Assembly (NCBI GenBank): GCA_903864515.1
Contig: CAIPFZ010000009.1
Span: 1 to 48,192, forward strand
Reading direction: 5' to 3'
Origin: an uncultured bacterium
GTDB lineage: Bacteria > Patescibacteriota > Minisyncoccia > Phycocordibacterales > CAIZLB01
Length of the DNA stretch: 48,192 nt
Shown here: piece by piece, positions 45,877-48,192 of the stretch
How the letters are laid out: each line of letters starts with the position of its first letter
How positions within the stretch are numbered: the stretch's first letter is position 1
Program-made: the position numbers and the translations under genes
The notes under the pieces: model-generated
Seen by the model: only the letters and a program-made list of their open reading frames with translations
Databases searched by the model: none
What the model was told of the DNA's origin: nothing

Positions 45877-46164
45877 CTAACACAACGGTCTGTTGCGCAG
45901 ACGACAAATGCCTACAATCAAGCCGATAATGGCAGCGATGGCAAATAACACAACGGTCATCAAATTACTGATTGCCAGTTTGTATTGTCCGATAATGCAA
46001 CCCAGAGGGCAAAGTACAAAAACAACGGACATAAACAGAAAGATTGGCAGTCCCAAACTACCGTCCTCCTCGCCAAGACTAAATGCAAATCGATTAGAAA
46101 GATTTGCAGTCAAGACTAGTAGTAACGCAAAAATAACATAAAAGATACATTCGTAATAATTCAT
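45877..46164 (-). CDS. small membrane protein (95 aa, ~3 TM)
   Basis: ATG 46164 (MNYYECIFYVIF...), hydrophobic throughout. Confidence 0.45.
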   Translation of the reverse strand: MNYYECIFYVIFALLLVLTANLSNRFAFSLGEEDGSLGLPIFLFMSVVFVLCPLGCIIGQYKLAISNLMTVVLFAIAAIIGLIVGICRLRNRPLC

Positions 46165-46292
46165 TTCAGTAACACTTTGGAGGTTTAGCAATTGATCCCC
46201 TGCAATCTAATCCCCAGCACCTGCCGAAGACTTAAATTACATAACATTTTGAAGGACCAAAACAGACCATACAATACATCATAATCCCCTAT

Positions 46293-46321
46293 TTGTACAG
46301 TTTTCAAAAGCATGATAATCT
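46293..46321 (+). promoter_or_regulatory. -35/-10 promoter TTGTAC-N17-TAATCT (TGa extended -10)
   Basis: followed by the conserved CTTGGACTAGA box. Confidence 0.45.
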
Positions 46322-46384
46322 TGTTCTTGGACTAGAGAATTTCCAATACAGTCTACAACCCCAACCCTAGAAATACCTGAAATT

Positions 46385-46879
46385 ATGAAACCGGAAAGTA
46401 AAAAACCCTTTATCGTATTCGCTTACACTGATGAGCGTTACTATTTAGAGGAGACCATCAGAAGACTAAAAGAAGACCCAAACATTAAGGTGGTCTTCTG
46501 CAGAAACGCGAGTGAAATCATGTTCAATACCACCGCAGACACAGCAAGGCCAGATATCATTATCACCGACGCGAGCCTTCATCAAGGAGACCAACTCGAA
46601 TACGGTGACGCCATTCCAGTGGTGGCTTTGTATGAGATGATTCGAAAGACTAAACCACCTATTATCCCCATTGTGTTTTATAGCACCCGCATGATGGGCA
46701 TGATACACATCATGCGCGATGCATCTGGCGATTCAAACCTCATGATCATCAAAGCGGAAGAGTCAGCGGAGAAATCTATGGCAAAGGATGTATTTGACGC
46801 GATAGAGTACTTCTGCCCTACCGCCAAAGAAGATCCTTTTTCATTATCCAAGCCCTTTCCTGACGGATGGGAAGGATAG
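46385..46879 (+). CDS. single-domain receiver-like protein, paralog 2
   Basis: FIVFAYTDE, PDIIITDASLHQGD, IPIVFYST and LMIIKAEE fit the acidic pocket / Asp / Thr-Ser / Lys order of CheY-like receivers. Confidence 0.4.
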   Translation: MKPESKKPFIVFAYTDERYYLEETIRRLKEDPNIKVVFCRNASEIMFNTTADTARPDIIITDASLHQGDQLEYGDAIPVVALYEMIRKTKPPIIPIVFYSTRMMGMIHIMRDASGDSNLMIIKAEESAEKSMAKDVFDAIEYFCPTAKEDPFSLSKPFPDGWEG

Positions 46880-46908
46880 GAGAGAATTTTCTCCAGGAGT
46901 CCTCCCCT

Positions 46909-46964
46909 GCCCCGATTCAAACCAAAGAAGCTCCGCTTCTCGTTTGAATCGGGGCTTCTTTATT
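46909..46964 (+). terminator. long-stem terminator
   Basis: GCCCCGATTCAAAC ... GTTTGAATCGGGGC (14 bp) followed by TTCTTTATT. Confidence 0.6.
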
Positions 46965-46989
46965 CCATTATCTTTTCCTAAAAAAACTA

Positions 46990-47018
46990 TTGTACAGTTT
47001 TATAAATCGTGATAATCT
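46990..47018 (+). promoter_or_regulatory. -35/-10 promoter TTGTAC-N17-TAATCT (TGa extended -10)
   Basis: near-identical to 46293..46321, followed by CTTGGACTAGA. Confidence 0.45.
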
Positions 47019-47088
47019 CTTTCTTGGACTAGAAATCTATTGAAATGTCCGAGTCACAATCAAAACACAGCACAGAAAGACAATAACC

Positions 47089-47577
47089 ATGAACAACGCA
47101 AGAATTCCCGCCATGCTATTTGCACACAATGCTACACCGTACTCAGACTTAGCCCTTGCGGTATTGAATGCAAGGAACGATCTGTTTGTAGCAACCTGCA
47201 ATAACGCAAGAAGTGCGCTCCACTGCATTGATAGCAACAAAGAAAATGGACCAGATATCATCATCGTCACAAATCAACTGCATCACGGCGATGAATTGTC
47301 CCCCGATGTTACCAACAACAGACAACGTACTGGTGAAGCAATATACGCCAGAGTACGTATGATTCCTGGTCATGAAAGTACACCGGTCATCATCGTTACA
47401 ATGCGTAGTGAGGAAATTCATCACCTAGAAAACCTCAACGACCCAAATTTGACAGCTATCCTTGCTGACACATTTGCGATCGATACCGCAATCACAGGTA
47501 CAATACAGAGATTCTTCCCCAACTGGGGTGAACCACTTATTCCCTGTGAGGAGGTGGTGTTGGATACCGCTACGTGA
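47089..47577 (+). CDS. receiver-like (pseudo-receiver) orphan protein, paralog 3
   Basis: AMLFAHN, PDIIIVTNQLHHGD (Asn at the expected phospho-Asp site), PVIIVTMRS, IQRFFP. Confidence 0.35.
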   Translation: MNNARIPAMLFAHNATPYSDLALAVLNARNDLFVATCNNARSALHCIDSNKENGPDIIIVTNQLHHGDELSPDVTNNRQRTGEAIYARVRMIPGHESTPVIIVTMRSEEIHHLENLNDPNLTAILADTFAIDTAITGTIQRFFPNWGEPLIPCEEVVLDTAT

Positions 47578-47607
47578 AGAATTGTTCAAAATCAGTAAAC
47601 CAATATA

Positions 47608-47668
47608 CCTCGCTTGAATAAATGACGCCTTTATGGTTTTTGTTTATTTCAAGCGAGGCTTTGTTTTA
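47608..47668 (+). terminator. long-stem terminator
   Basis: CCTCGCTTGAATAAA ... TTTATTTCAAGCGAGG followed by CTTTGTTTTAT. Confidence 0.6.
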
Positions 47669-47707
47669 TAAAATTTAAAAAATAAAACTATACAAGTAGA
47701 CCTGTAG

Positions 47708-47716
47708 TGATATAAT
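47708..47716 (+). promoter_or_regulatory. extended -10 promoter box (TGATATAAT)
   Basis: 9 nt upstream of ATG 47726. Confidence 0.45.
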
Positions 47717-47725
47717 TAAATCACT

Positions 47726-48192
47726 ATGAATTTAAAATATTTTAAACATGATATTTCAAGAAATAAAAAAGTGATTGAGTATAAAAAAGCTTTTACATTA
47801 ATTGAAATACTTGTAGTTGTTGCGATCATCTCTCTAATATCGGCACTGGTTGTAAATAGTCTATCAGAAGCAAAAATGAAGGGTAATGATGAGAAGATTG
47901 CACAAGACTTAAGTCAGTTTAGAACTGCTGTTGATATGTATTTTAATGATAATCAGGAGTACCCTGTAAACCCTGCATTATCTACAAATCATAAGGACTC
48001 CAAGACAGCAAATGGAGGTACAGATTTCTGGGGTAATAAACTGGCATTCTTCACAAAGAAAGCGAGTGCTGCCGTCAATCACACTATAAGTCCACTTTGT
48101 GCAAACTTTGATAATATATCTGCATTATTGGTTCAAAGAAAATATCTATCAGCAATTCCTGTTCACCCATATGACAATGACGCACAAGGTAT
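47726..48192 (+). CDS. type IV prepilin (partial, runs off the window end)
   Basis: not in the ORF track (no stop in window); hand translation MNLKYFKHDISRNKKVIEYKKA|FTLIEILVVVAIISLI... shows a prepilin cleavage/methylation motif; open to the last base. Confidence 0.75.
   Translation, partial: MNLKYFKHDISRNKKVIEYKKAFTLIEILVVVAIISLISALVVNSLSEAKMKGNDEKIAQDLSQFRTAVDMYFNDNQEYPVNPALSTNHKDSKTANGGTDFWGNKLAFFTKKASAAVNHTISPLCANFDNISALLVQRKYLSAIPVHPYDNDAQG

Overview
AT-rich, gene-dense bacterial chromosomal window with most genes on the minus strand. All calls rest on motif recognition in the supplied translations and by-eye reading of the DNA; no searches or folding programs were run. 100-nt spot counts gave 22-26% GC in several genes and 40-49% GC in others. 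The sparse housekeeping set, Gram-positive-style type IV pilus genes, one giant surface protein and many lineage-specific ORFs fit a Patescibacteria/CPR-like genome, but that is inference only.

**Recognisable core genes**
- NUDIX, HIT and S41 peptidase
- dapA, rsgA, idi, tRNA-Gln(UUG), dnaX
- a Dus-family tRNA-dihydrouridine synthase and a HAD hydrolase
- eno, gpmI and a TruB-like synthase
- a DsbB/DsbA pair
- an OmpR-type response regulator with a membrane histidine kinase

**Accessory content**
- A pilus operon: GspE/PilB ATPase, PilC/GspF platform, a pilin-like 412-aa protein, a pseudopilin and a coiled-coil protein. A separate prepilin gene runs off the 3' end of the window.
- A 2,789-aa secreted protein with beta-helix regions and three seven-bladed Asp-box propellers.
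- A SET-domain / nucleotidyltransferase / unknown operon bracketed by ~110-bp direct repeats.
- Paralogous HExxH (gluzincin-like) proteins clustered with a GT2 glycosyltransferase.
- A C39-like peptidase gene interrupted by one in-frame TGA.
- An idi gene coupled to a prenyl-synthase-like gene with degenerate Asp-rich motifs.

**Most interesting observations**
1. Three tandem, separately transcribed receiver-like orphan genes lie downstream of the two-component pair. Their promoters and early leaders are much better conserved than their proteins.
2. The direct-repeat-bracketed SET operon.
3. A densely structured cloverleaf-like element in the intergenic region at 14.47-14.61 kb.
4. A pilin-like protein that starts directly at the mature M-L-I-L-E5 position with no leader peptide.
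5. Extended -10 boxes (TGnTAnAAT-like) sit 6-9 nt upstream of many ATG starts, suggesting leaderless mRNAs.

No CRISPR array, rRNA, integrase or transposase was recognised.
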